A stretch of DNA of 64,000 nt from a virus, in the IMG/VR virus record IMGVR_UViG_3300020159_001918, positions 8,201 to 72,200 of that record. One strand, 5' to 3'. A program made the position numbers and the translations under genes. Under the pieces are notes generated by a model. The model searched no databases, was not told where the DNA came from, and was given only the letters and a program-made list of their open reading frames with translations. This document shows, in pieces, positions 33,205 to 43,720 of the stretch (position 1 is its first letter; each line of letters opens with the position of its first letter).

Positions 33205-35837
33205 TGATTAACTTTCTTCCTAGTATAATTAAAACATTTTCTGACAATTCCCAGCAAAGTGTTGGCTTTTTAATCAAAAGCATTAAAGCCGATAAAGCAC
33301 AGGTAGCAGAATTGGTTAAAAGTCTTTCTAATTTTTCTGTTGGAGCAGACTTTGCCCCAACTTTAATGAGGTCTAGGGCAATTATAGAATCTGAATTCTT
33401 TGTTGATATTTTTAGAGATGTACAAATAAGATTTGATAGATATTTTTCAGCGTCTAATTCAATTAGCGTATCTTTAAACTCGATGATAGAAGTCATGTCA
33501 TCTCAAGTGGCAAAAATAGAAAAAAATATTTCTCTTTTAGAAAATTATATAAATAACTATGATTTTATTTCAGGAAAAGATGATCTTTATAATGATTCTT
33601 ATATAGAAAATTTTAATGATTTTCTAAAATCAAATACATATGACACCTCTCCAGTTCCTTTTGTAGATAGAGGTGGAGCTACTTTTGATGAAAGTGGAAA
33701 CGGTTTTGTTGATCCAATTGTTTCAAAATTTAAAATTGGCAGTGGTATTGATTTTGTAAATGCTATAGGTTTTGTAAAATCGGTAGACTACGAAACTAAC
33801 TATAGTCAATATATTTCTTCCATAACTGATTATGAATCTTTATTCAATGAGAAACAGTCGAACGTGTGGAATATCTCAGTTCAATCACCAACAGTATTAA
33901 CTTCTATCCCACCATCATTTTCTCAAAACATAGACTATGACTACTCTTATATAGTCGGTGCTAAAACTGTAATGACAATTAACTTTATAAAAGAAATTGA
34001 AATGGATTTAATCAGAATAAATCCTAATGAATATGATGGACTGCAGCTGATGCAAGTAGTCATAGAATCAGCAAATATAGCAGAAAGAATCTATTCAAGC
34101 AATTCTAATGTTCCTAGCTCTGGTTATCAAAAAAAGAAAATTCTATTATCTCCAGTAAAGATAAACTCTGTATTAGACATTAACTTTCCATTAGACAAAG
34201 TAAAGAGTATAACGCTTATATTTAATCAAAGCACGTATAAAAAAAATACTATTTCACCAACCTCAGATGAAGTATCTTCAAGGCTAATTCATGAATTGCT
34301 AAATGGTATAAGGAAAAATAAAAAAAATAATCACAGTAAACTTCAAGACATAGTCCTAGAATATTTTAGAAAATTCAATTCAATAGATGAGGCAAAAAGA
34401 AATTCTTATGCATACACTGACTACTATACATATAAATATCCAATTGACAAAGTTGGATCCCAACCATTTTTAAATGAAAAAAATAATTCAATATCTTTAG
34501 ACCAGGAAAATCGCCTGTCGTCTAGTAACCATCTTTCTGTAATGGTAAAAAATATAGTGTCACAAACACTAGGTGATAGATTTAAGTTGTTTGATGATTC
34601 ATTATTCGTAGATAGCAGATTAAATAATAGGGGTGGATTTCTTGGTAAGATTGGAAATTCTCCAAGTATTCTAAGTAAGAATTCAAACTCATTAGATAAA
34701 AATCTAGTAAGCTTTTCAGATGATGCCATTATGTCTGGATCAAACATCTATTCTACGAATATGTTAAGAAACAAAAATCAAAATGTAGAAAATTACATGT
34801 ATTCTTTTTCGTTAAAGGGAGTGCAGTTTGGTAAGACAAGGCAAATCTCAAATGCAACAAACTCATTTTCGACTAACAAAGCATGCTTCATTAGTTCTAG
34901 AATTCCAATAGATGGAAACCCTTTAGCTGTTAAGGCTAAGTTAAACTTAGAGAAGGTTGATGAGAGTAGAGCACTTCCAGATTTCGATCTTAAGGAAGCA
35001 AACTCATATGAACTGTCAATTTCGATAAATGAAAATCCAGCTTCAGAAAATGATTGGATACCAATTATTTCCTACGATAGCAGTGATATTAAATCTGAAT
35101 TTTTATTTTTTGATTCAATAAGTAAAACAGCATTTTTAAGATTTTTTCCAATTGATACATCTATAAAAATATACTCAAATCAAAAATTAATTCCAGAAAG
35201 TCAATATACTATAAATAAGTTTAACAAATCAATTTATATAAATTCTTTTGAACCAAAGAATAATTACGTCGCTAGTTATACAGCAGACAACGTTAACTTT
35301 ACTCAAAATTATATAGATATATCTACGCTTTTGACTGCCAATCAAACCTTATCGGCTTATTCTAATGATAAAAATGGTGAGTTCTTTGAAAGAACTACAT
35401 CAAATAATGGTATTAAATTAATTAATCAACCATATATAAACTATGATAAGTTAAAAAAGGCTTCCTACAGTGAAAGAGGTGGTACTATTAACACGATAGA
35501 GTACACCGGCTATAATCCAGTGCTTGTAAAGTTTTCTGATGGTTCATATGCCACTAATCTTACTAACTATAAATTAGGTGGTTTTGAAAAGGGTGAATTT
35601 TATGATACTCAGGAAGTTCTATTCTTCCATAATGGAAAGAATATCATCTTCAATAAAGCTATTACTCAACCTTTTAACGTTATATATGAATATTTAAATA
35701 GTCAAGTAAGATTTAGATTAATTATAAGAAATAATTTTAATAACTATTTTTCATCTGGTTCAGTAGACAATGTTATACTTAAGTTTAAGACAAAAAACTC
35801 TGATCATATGGCAAATAATCTTTTAAGATTGGGATAA
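33204..35837 (+). CDS. Virion structural protein (~877 aa)
   Basis: ATG 33204 overlaps the upstream stop (TAATG) and is a better start than the track's 33189. No family recognised. Confidence 0.7.
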   Translation: MINFLPSIIKTFSDNSQQSVGFLIKSIKADKAQVAELVKSLSNFSVGADFAPTLMRSRAIIESEFFVDIFRDVQIRFDRYFSASNSISVSLNSMIEVMSSQVAKIEKNISLLENYINNYDFISGKDDLYNDSYIENFNDFLKSNTYDTSPVPFVDRGGATFDESGNGFVDPIVSKFKIGSGIDFVNAIGFVKSVDYETNYSQYISSITDYESLFNEKQSNVWNISVQSPTVLTSIPPSFSQNIDYDYSYIVGAKTVMTINFIKEIEMDLIRINPNEYDGLQLMQVVIESANIAERIYSSNSNVPSSGYQKKKILLSPVKINSVLDINFPLDKVKSITLIFNQSTYKKNTISPTSDEVSSRLIHELLNGIRKNKKNNHSKLQDIVLEYFRKFNSIDEAKRNSYAYTDYYTYKYPIDKVGSQPFLNEKNNSISLDQENRLSSSNHLSVMVKNIVSQTLGDRFKLFDDSLFVDSRLNNRGGFLGKIGNSPSILSKNSNSLDKNLVSFSDDAIMSGSNIYSTNMLRNKNQNVENYMYSFSLKGVQFGKTRQISNATNSFSTNKACFISSRIPIDGNPLAVKAKLNLEKVDESRALPDFDLKEANSYELSISINENPASENDWIPIISYDSSDIKSEFLFFDSISKTAFLRFFPIDTSIKIYSNQKLIPESQYTINKFNKSIYINSFEPKNNYVASYTADNVNFTQNYIDISTLLTANQTLSAYSNDKNGEFFERTTSNNGIKLINQPYINYDKLKKASYSERGGTINTIEYTGYNPVLVKFSDGSYATNLTNYKLGGFEKGEFYDTQEVLFFHNGKNIIFNKAITQPFNVIYEYLNSQVRFRLIIRNNFNNYFSSGSVDNVILKFKTKNSDHMANNLLRLG

Positions 35838-35839
35838 AA

Positions 35840-37997
35840 ATGGCTCAACTATCTACAAATACAGTATTCTATGATCAACTTATTAAGAAGGTACAAGCCT
35901 TTCTAAGAAAGTATTCTCAAAATACAGTTAGCTCATATGAAGATATGTCAGAAGAATTTCACATACTTATAACTGAGATAAATAAATACTCGACTGATCC
36001 AATAGCAAAATATAATCAAGTCATAAAAGGTGAGCCACCATCTTCTAAAAAGTTCAATACATTTATTTCTGGGGTTGCAGATGATTTAAACATAATAGCT
36101 AAGCAGCTTGATTATCAGAGTGCACAGTTGGTGTCTTTGTATAATTTATTTAACTCTGAAATAGAAAAAGAAAATCAATTTGCTAATAGAATTAAGTCAA
36201 AAGTAAGAATACTTCAGGCTTACTCAGAAGCACCTAGTGAAGATCTATATTACTTTGGTGACTCATTTGAGAACATGGATTTTATAGATGTAGAAAAAAC
36301 ACCCAAAAACCTCATTGCGTCGATTAGAAACGGAAACGCATCGCTTCCAGTTATCGACACGAACGCTTGGAGTGTTAGATCAATTTCAATTGATGAAAAA
36401 GAATCTAATGGATTCATTGGGAATAATCATATGGTGTATGCGAAAGGGAATATAGATTCAAACTATCGTTACATGTTCCAGGACAATAACTCTGTGGGAC
36501 TCCTGCAGAACGTAACTGATTCTAACCCTTTAACATATTTTGAATATGAGGGAATATACATAGACCCAATACTAAAAAATAAAAATGGAGCAAAAGATTT
36601 TGAATTTACATATTCTTCTAAAATCTCAACAGATGGAAAAACAGATACTGTTTATAAAAATTGGTCAGAAAAGATTCTTAAAGAACCACTTAAGCTAACC
36701 TTAAAATTAAAAGCAGATTCTTCAAGAAAAACAAATTCTATATCTATAGTTCCTTATTTCGGACAAAGTCGGAGCACCATATTCCGAGTTAAAAGTTTCT
36801 TCTATAACTGCAATTTCTAAAATAACAAATCAAACTGTTGAGCTTTTAGGTTCTCCGGTTTATATAGGTTCTAATTTTATTCCTCAAAATATTGAATCTA
36901 AAAAAAATTACTACTATAATAAAGCCGTAGTTTATTTTAATGAAATAGTTACATCAGAAATAACTGTTAAGTTAGAGCAATCAGACTACTCGGATATAAC
37001 AATGCAGCATATGTATTGGAAACCGTTTTCGAATACCGGATCTCTTGCTCCACTGAATACTAATAGTAGATTTGATCCAGCTGGACTTAGTGCTATTGGT
37101 TTTCAAGATGTCCAGTTTAATTATTTAGATTTAGTTCCAAGTATTCTTCGTCCCAATCTTTTAAAAGATCAGTCTAGTCTTGCGACAAATAAGATTAATA
37201 TCACGTATAAAGAAGCCATAAAGGTAGAGAGATATGTTGTAACCTTTAAGAGATTAGGTTCTTCTGCAACTCCATCTTTGCAAAAATACTATTACGTAAA
37301 CCCAACAATAGCCTATCAGACTTTAGCTAAGCAGCAGGAATTGGCAGCTGTGTCTGATATTACTCTAGCTTTTCAATACGAAAGTTTGATTGCCGCTGAA
37401 ACGGCAAAAACATATATACAAGCAAAAATATCAAGCGCAGAATGGTCTGGTTCTAACTTTCAAGATTTAGCAGTAGAAACAATTAAGTCAGATTTATCAC
37501 CTAAGTATTCGACATCTTCCGTCTTGCTTCAAAGAAATTTTGAAATTTATCCAGCTAAAAGATTTACGATAGGACTTAGATCTATAGATGTTAACTATAG
37601 CGTATATGCACAAAAAGCTCAGTTAATATCTAAGCCATTTGTTTTTGGTTACAATGTAAAAAATCTAACTATATCTTCTGATACCGTATTTAGCCTTCAG
37701 GGTGGTAACTCAAATATAAGCTACATTAAATATTACGTATCAATAGATGATGGGAAAAAGTGGATACAAATTTCTCCGATAGAAGATCCGTTCAATGGCA
37801 TTCCTGAAATATTATCATTTAATGAAAATGTAGAAAGCTTTGGTCAAGTAAAGGGAGTTTCATATTTTAACTCTCCAGACATACCATCTGACACAAAGTC
37901 AATCAGAATAAAAATTGATATAGAAAAACCAAGATATGAAAACACTACACCTGTTATTTACTCATATCAAATAGCCGGAAGAGTTGAGCAATTATGA
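35840..37997 (+). CDS. Virion structural protein (~718 aa) requiring a +1 shift at CGG 36770
   Basis: Track ORFs 35840..36820 and 37002..37997 are in successive +1 frames. The +1 frame is open from 36750 and reads GAPYSELKVSSITAISKITNQTVELLGSPVYIGSNFIPQNIES...DITMQHMYWKPF. Confidence 0.65.
36770..36773 (+). other. CGG +1 recoding site 6 (AGT CGG AGC -> AGT [C] GGA GCA)
   Basis: In-frame CGG (35840+930). The 0-frame TAA comes 16 codons later. The +1 frame is open for 408 codons. Confidence 0.7.
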
Positions 37998-40219
37998 CGA
38001 TAAGCAATATACAGAAGGAAAAATTCTTAAGCACTTTATATAAGAGCCTTTATGCTGGTGGAAACAAGCCTAACGAGCAGGAGATATTAGAGTTCTTTTC
38101 TAAGTACTTCTCCAAGTATGAGCCAGGGCAGCCACTAGACATAAATGCTCAAATATTTAGACAGATGGCATTTGGTCAAGTTGAAATTTTTAATCAAAAG
38201 ATGCTACATACTCTTTTTAATATAGAGGTTTTGTATGATTCTATATTTGAAAATTCTGATGATTTAATGACTGTAGCAACAGCATTGAATAAAAGATTAA
38301 ATAACTTAAAGTCTAAAAGAATGATGTTAGAAAATAGAGTAGATGATTTAATTTTTGCTAATCAAAATTCAGAAGGATACTACGCAGCATACTCAGACAA
38401 CTTTGCTTCAATAAATGGATCTGATCTGAATTATACTTCAGCTTTTGTCGACACAGTTAACGGTAAAGTTTCACTACCAACATTAAAGTCTTCGGTTTTT
38501 GATTTACTTTCTACTAGTTCAATTGTAGCAAGCGCACCAACATATTCTCTGAGTTTTAATAAAACGCAAATAGATTTAAATAAGAAATTTTCTGACGATT
38601 CTTTTTTTGGATCTGTTTTTGATGGTTTAGAAAATACTGAATGGCAAAACATATTTTATTTTGACACTATAGGCTTGGTTAGTTTTTCGATCAACTTGCC
38701 CATAGCTAGAAATGTAATCTTATCAAAGATAGAAGGAAGACTAAATACTATTTCTCCAACTGATATCTATGTAAAAGTAAACTACGCGGACGCCAACAAA
38801 GTGTCAGAGGTATTGAATAAAAAATCTACTAAAGATTATGATAGATTTTCCTTTAGCTTTGACCCGGGCAATGTTGGGTCAATAGATGTATTTTTCGTTA
38901 AAACAGAACCAGACGTCATAGAAGATAATAGAGTTAGTAGATATGGATATAGATACGGAATTAGGGATATTGCTATTAGTGGACAGTATTATGATAAGTC
39001 TGCATCTTTTGTATCTGCTCCAATATCATTAAATTCAAATGATAATAGCAACCTAGTAATAGATGCTGTATCGGTAGATGTTGGAGAAAATTCACAAGAT
39101 GGTTCTGTTAATTACTTTGTAGCAGAAGATAACGAGTCCGCTCAATCAATATCTGATTTTTCCTGGATTCCAATTTCTCCGGAACAAAGTACTCAGAACT
39201 CTTTTTCTACAACAGTTAATTTTTCTGGCTCTTCTCTAAAATCAAAAAAGATATTAAATGATGTACAAAACTCTACAAACTCTTTGAAGAAAATACCATT
39301 AGTTTCAAAAAATACTTCTAAGAACTTAAATGAGCAAAATCCAACAGTTGACCTATATCCAAATCAAACAATATATAGAATAGCAAAGCTTGATCAATTG
39401 GATAACCCGGTTAGTTCTTATCTATTAGATGGTATAAATTCAGTTTCTGGTAATTATATAAATTATAAAAATAGTATTTATAATGAAAACGATTCCTTGG
39501 CTACTTGGGGAAATATTTTATCTGGAAAATCAAGTGTTAGACAAATATTCTCTATACCATCTTATGAAATATCTAATAATTCTATATTTTTTTCTGGTCC
39601 AAACTTAAAATCAATTAGCGTTTTATTGGAAACTAAAATATTCTGCGCTAATGATATCACCATTAGACACTTGTTGGTTAAGAATGATAGCGTTTCGAAG
39701 AGCTGGGATGTTGCAGTCTATCTAAATGGAAGGCCATCAAGTGTTCCTTCTGGGGTAACTTCAGAGTTGATTGAATGGAACTTCAAAGCGGGAATCAATA
39801 CAATTAAGGTAGCTATAGATATAAAGGATAGTGCAAACGGTTCAATCAGTTTAATGGATTCTAAATCATTATTAGATTATGGTTTAGTTTATAGTCAATA
39901 CTACGGCTATGTAGACCCAATTGAGTTCAAGATCAACAGATCAACATATGACAAGGTATTTACTATCGAAAATTTTTTCGGCAATAAAGAAGTCTTATGT
40001 AGAGATAATGTTAATAGTAATTCAAGATTATTTTATTACTCAAACAACCCAAACCCAGTAACTGCCTTAAGATTTAGGGCCGACATATCTAGGGGTAGAA
40101 ACCCATTGTCCTCTCCAACTATTGATTATTTTAAATTAAAGTTTAAGAATTCGGAAAATTATTCCGATATATCAGCAAATGAATTATCCTATAATAATTC
40201 AACAACAAGTGAATATTAA
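37994..40219 (+). CDS. Virion structural protein, 741 aa
   Basis: ATGA overlap with the upstream gene. Long ORF. No family recognised. Confidence 0.7.
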   Translation: MTISNIQKEKFLSTLYKSLYAGGNKPNEQEILEFFSKYFSKYEPGQPLDINAQIFRQMAFGQVEIFNQKMLHTLFNIEVLYDSIFENSDDLMTVATALNKRLNNLKSKRMMLENRVDDLIFANQNSEGYYAAYSDNFASINGSDLNYTSAFVDTVNGKVSLPTLKSSVFDLLSTSSIVASAPTYSLSFNKTQIDLNKKFSDDSFFGSVFDGLENTEWQNIFYFDTIGLVSFSINLPIARNVILSKIEGRLNTISPTDIYVKVNYADANKVSEVLNKKSTKDYDRFSFSFDPGNVGSIDVFFVKTEPDVIEDNRVSRYGYRYGIRDIAISGQYYDKSASFVSAPISLNSNDNSNLVIDAVSVDVGENSQDGSVNYFVAEDNESAQSISDFSWIPISPEQSTQNSFSTTVNFSGSSLKSKKILNDVQNSTNSLKKIPLVSKNTSKNLNEQNPTVDLYPNQTIYRIAKLDQLDNPVSSYLLDGINSVSGNYINYKNSIYNENDSLATWGNILSGKSSVRQIFSIPSYEISNNSIFFSGPNLKSISVLLETKIFCANDITIRHLLVKNDSVSKSWDVAVYLNGRPSSVPSGVTSELIEWNFKAGINTIKVAIDIKDSANGSISLMDSKSLLDYGLVYSQYYGYVDPIEFKINRSTYDKVFTIENFFGNKEVLCRDNVNSNSRLFYYSNNPNPVTALRFRADISRGRNPLSSPTIDYFKLKFKNSENYSDISANELSYNNSTTSEY

Positions 40220-40249
40220 AGTTTACTATACCTAAAGTAGGAGACACAC

Positions 40250-40675
40250 ATGCCGATAAGTTATCTAGACCCAAATAGTAAAAAAATAATTAGAGAACCA
40301 TTAGTCAAGAGGTTTAGATCATTTTATAGATCTCCAAGAAAGAGTGGTCAAGAAAATCTTTTTAATCAAAAAGTTTATATGGATATGAACAGATTGTATT
40401 TGGAATTAGAACTTCTTGATACAGCTATAATCGATAAAATAAAGATTTTCTTAGGAGCGGAAAAAGATGAAACCCATGAAATTCGAACTGTTTCAGATGA
40501 GATAACCGGTGAGCAATACTATGGTAGAGTTTACGACCTGTCTACTGATTCAATTTCAATGTACGACTACAGCGCAAGTGATACAATAGATTACTTAGAA
40601 ACCACGGATACAATTGGCGGAAGTTTGTCAAGATTATTTTATAAAATTAATAAATTAGAAAAACAGACTGGATAA
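40250..40675 (+). CDS. Hypothetical protein, 141 aa
   Basis: ATG preceded by AGGAGA. Lies in the structural block. Confidence 0.6.
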   Translation: MPISYLDPNSKKIIREPLVKRFRSFYRSPRKSGQENLFNQKVYMDMNRLYLELELLDTAIIDKIKIFLGAEKDETHEIRTVSDEITGEQYYGRVYDLSTDSISMYDYSASDTIDYLETTDTIGGSLSRLFYKINKLEKQTG

Positions 40676-40684
40676 TTAATTAAA

Positions 40685-41953
40685 ATGTCAGATTACCTAA
40701 ACACAGAAAATAAAACAATACAGTACAACGGTCCTGTAGACAGTGCTGACTTTAACATAAGGGCAGAACAGAACTATCAAGACTTAGTTCACCTCTATAA
40801 TAGATCTGGTGTGTTAGATCAGAAGTTGAGTCAGGCTTTTGAAAGAGTATTAAAAGATCATTTATTTATCTCTAGAGCTATAGCAGATCTAGAAGATAGG
40901 GTAAAGGCAATTGAATACAATACTGATTCACCTTATAAAAAACTCTCTATATATAGCTATTCTCAAATAGATGTAGCCGGCTTTGTCAGCGACGCACAGT
41001 TTGCGCTTTCAAGTTCTGAGGCACTTAGTTTTGATCATGTATATAATTTAATAACGCTACCTAAGGTTGATGGTTCTTCTTATTCTAAACTTAAGTTTTT
41101 TAGCGGCTTAGGGGAGCAAACAATTCCAGATTTTCTAGAAACAAAAATAAAGAATGACTTCGTCAGTGTGGACACACCCGGTGCGCTAGTAGATACTAGT
41201 CCAATGTTTCATGCGCTATTAGACAGGTCTGATAAATTCTGGAAACGAAATATCATAGCCGACTCAGCTTTAGGATCGGGCGCCCAAATGTTTGCCTACT
41301 ACAAGATCCCCAATGCCTATTCTGGATCTGACACATCGAACTATCTGTCCCTATCTCCATATCCATTATTTGGAGTAGATATTCTCTCCATTGAATACAC
41401 TACAAAGGTAGAGCCATCTTTAGAAGAATCTGATGGATGGACTCCTTTGAATTTTAATAGATTATACGATAGCGAATCTGATGCGATAGGTAGAGTTGCT
41501 CCAGGTGGATGGTCAATAGTCGGTTCGGACATAGTACTCAATGCTGGGCCAATGGGATTCTATTTCCCTCCAATAAAGATTACTGCAATTAGAATAAACA
41601 TGAGGCAGAGAAATTATATTTTAGAAAATGGCAAGTACGTATATACATATGGCTTATCTGATCTAGATGTAAGATCGCAAAGGTTCCTGGAAACTGGAAG
41701 AACAATAATCAAGTTCACCGCCCCAGAAGGAACATTGATCTATTCGGTTGATGAGGTCATACCAAAGATGTATAATGTTCCTGAGGAACTAATATCTACA
41801 GCTTTCAGCTATAGGGTTATCTGGAAAGATAGTGGAGTTTATACGCTTGACGAGGTTCCTGGTTCATCTTCAGTTTGGATAGAAGTAACCCTAAATCAGC
41901 TTGGGGACGGAACAGCTCCAGTCCTGTCTGATTTAATAGTCAATTATAGCTAA
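40685..41953 (+). CDS. Virion structural protein, 422 aa
   Basis: Clean ORF. No family recognised. Confidence 0.65.
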   Translation: MSDYLNTENKTIQYNGPVDSADFNIRAEQNYQDLVHLYNRSGVLDQKLSQAFERVLKDHLFISRAIADLEDRVKAIEYNTDSPYKKLSIYSYSQIDVAGFVSDAQFALSSSEALSFDHVYNLITLPKVDGSSYSKLKFFSGLGEQTIPDFLETKIKNDFVSVDTPGALVDTSPMFHALLDRSDKFWKRNIIADSALGSGAQMFAYYKIPNAYSGSDTSNYLSLSPYPLFGVDILSIEYTTKVEPSLEESDGWTPLNFNRLYDSESDAIGRVAPGGWSIVGSDIVLNAGPMGFYFPPIKITAIRINMRQRNYILENGKYVYTYGLSDLDVRSQRFLETGRTIIKFTAPEGTLIYSVDEVIPKMYNVPEELISTAFSYRVIWKDSGVYTLDEVPGSSSVWIEVTLNQLGDGTAPVLSDLIVNYS

Positions 41954-42024
41954 TTTTAATAGTTAATAAGTGGCTATTTGATTTTACTATAAATACCACA
42001 ATATTCTTTTAAGGAGACTATAAA

Positions 42025-42615
42025 ATGGCAACTTACTACGTTGGCCCAAGGCCAGTACTCAAAGGTCGTTCAACCGCTGACATGGTGAACCCTTTTAAGG
42101 GTACAGCTGGAACCTACTCTTTCTATCCCCTCTTTGCACCAGGTCTTTTAACTGGGGCTCCAGATAATAATCATGTTCCTGGAACTGGGTATCATCCAGG
42201 TAACGTTCTTCTTTCTCAGCTGTTCAATGGTTCTACTCTGTACGCAGGAACAACCCCATTAGCTGGAGAATTTGCAGATGGAACTACAACATTTGGTGGA
42301 ATGAGATTCCGTCCAAGTGAATACAAGGGCCTCACAACAGCTAAGGCACTAGATGGCGGTCACGCAAAGCGCACAACCGACTATAGTCTCTATAGCAACT
42401 ATATCTTTGACGGTGTAACTTCAGCAGAAGCATTTGCAAACCTAGGTCATGCAGAGCGTACAACCGCTTACAGCCTCTATAACAACTATATCTTCGACGG
42501 TGTAACCTCAGCAGAAGTAATGCCAGCTGGTTATGGACAGGCTAATACTGCCAGTGAATACGGTCGCAATAAAGTTGGTGAGTACAAAGGTGTACCATCA
42601 GCAGTCGCTCTTTAA
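42025..42615 (+). CDS. Hypothetical, probably highly expressed protein (196 aa) with an internal 29-aa tandem duplication
   Basis: Strong RBS (AAGGAGA). Preceded by a 70-nt intergenic region. Its codon usage is visibly less AT-biased than the neighbouring genes. The repeat units are GHAKRTTDYSLYSNYIFDGVTSAE and GHAERTTAYSLYNNYIFDGVTSAE. Confidence 0.7.
   Translation: MATYYVGPRPVLKGRSTADMVNPFKGTAGTYSFYPLFAPGLLTGAPDNNHVPGTGYHPGNVLLSQLFNGSTLYAGTTPLAGEFADGTTTFGGMRFRPSEYKGLTTAKALDGGHAKRTTDYSLYSNYIFDGVTSAEAFANLGHAERTTAYSLYNNYIFDGVTSAEVMPAGYGQANTASEYGRNKVGEYKGVPSAVAL
42358..42531 (+). repeat. Two 87-nt tandem copies inside CDS 42025..42615
   Basis: Copy 1 is 42358-42444 and copy 2 is 42445-42531. 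Many of the differences are synonymous (cac/cat, cgc/cgt, tat/tac, agt/agc, ttt/ttc, act/acc). Confidence 0.8.
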
Positions 42616-42630
42616 CAATAGGAGAAAACA

Positions 42631-42834
42631 ATGCCAGATCAAAAATTAATTAAAGATGTACTTGAAAGAGCTCTTTGGACTGCAGCACAAACATTCATTG
42701 CTGTTTATACAGTTGGTGGAGTTGACCAAGCTAAAGCAGCAGCAACAGCAGCAGCAGCAGCAGGGCTTAGTGTTATCAAGGGATTCGCAGCAACAAAAAT
42801 TGGAGACAAGGACTCCGCTGCATCTTTGAAATAA
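42631..42834 (+). CDS. Holin-like small membrane protein (r1t-type)
   Basis: 67 aa. The segment ERALWTAAQTFIAVYTVGG resembles r1t-family holins. It has an Ala-rich stretch and a charged C-terminus, is the last gene of the late block, and has the RBS AGGAGA. Confidence 0.5.
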   Translation: MPDQKLIKDVLERALWTAAQTFIAVYTVGGVDQAKAAATAAAAAGLSVIKGFAATKIGDKDSAASLK

Positions 42835-42914
42835 TTAGTTAAATACAACATAAAAAAATCCTAACTGATATACTTGTCAGTACGGAAACCGACGCATCTA
42901 CTTAGCGTAAGATA

Positions 42915-42950
42915 GTTATCCCGCCCCAATCAGGGCGGGATAACTGTTTT
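42915..42950 (+). terminator. Rho-independent terminator ending the structural/lysis block
   Basis: Perfect 12-bp stem GTTATCCCGCCC / GGGCGGGATAAC with a 6-nt loop (CAATCA), followed by TGTTTT. Confidence 0.85.
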
Positions 42951-43006
42951 AAAGGGTCTCTTATATAAGTTTTTGTAGTTTTGTCTAGGGTTAATGAGGA
43001 TTATAA

Positions 43007-43711
43007 ATGTTTTTAGATCAGTTAAATACAGTAATTAGAGACAAAGCCCTTCCATTAGATGTTGCTGAAAAGTATCTTAACCTATATATAGGTGAAGCAG
43101 ATTGGAAAACGCACATTTCAAAACTATGGATGAATCTTGAAAACAAGAATAAGAATTCAGACATAAGTAAAGAAGATATAAAGAGAGCAATATCTTGCAC
43201 AATGTTATTGCCAACTATGGAGAAGACAAATATTCCTGATCCAGTTCACCTTATTTTATTTTGGTGCCCTACCTGGAATCAGTACAAAGAAAGAGATTGG
43301 TTTTCTTTATTTTTAGATATAGTTAAGAAAGATTTATACATACAAACCAATCAAAAGGAGTTACTATCGATTGGCATCATCGATCCAATTGATTATTCTC
43401 CATTAACTAGACAAAGCTTTAATTGGTTATATAATCAGGCAGAACAAAACGGTGATTTAACCGATAGGAATAAAGACATCGTGATTAAGAAAATGCAAAA
43501 CTTAGTTAGGATATATGGTGGTGCAGTTATATCAAACGTATTTCAAAATCACAAGAATGTAATAGACAAAGTTTTTAACTGGAGAAGTGGATATTTCTTC
43601 GAAAGAGAAATATATAACGTGTATAATTATGACCAAATAAAAAAGATCAAAAAAACAGAAATAGAAAAATTAAACCCTAAGTACGTAAAAACTTTAGCAT
43701 TAGTAAAATAA
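43007..43711 (+). CDS. Hypothetical protein, 234 aa
   Basis: RBS GAGGA. First gene after the terminator. No family recognised. Confidence 0.6.
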   Translation: MFLDQLNTVIRDKALPLDVAEKYLNLYIGEADWKTHISKLWMNLENKNKNSDISKEDIKRAISCTMLLPTMEKTNIPDPVHLILFWCPTWNQYKERDWFSLFLDIVKKDLYIQTNQKELLSIGIIDPIDYSPLTRQSFNWLYNQAEQNGDLTDRNKDIVIKKMQNLVRIYGGAVISNVFQNHKNVIDKVFNWRSGYFFEREIYNVYNYDQIKKIKKTEIEKLNPKYVKTLALVK

Positions 43712-43720
43712 GGAGATAGT

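Noticed and set aside
42735-42770. GCA/GCAGCA run as a microsatellite or repeat element
   Set aside because: It is in frame and simply encodes the Ala-rich stretch (KAAATAAAAAG) of the holin-like protein. It is not repeated elsewhere.
42835-43006. Possible tRNA or small RNA in the 170-nt gap after the holin-like gene
   Set aside because: The only strong structure is a 12-bp GC-rich stem followed by TGTTTT, which is a terminator. No cloverleaf arms or T-loop (GTTCRA) motif could be found.
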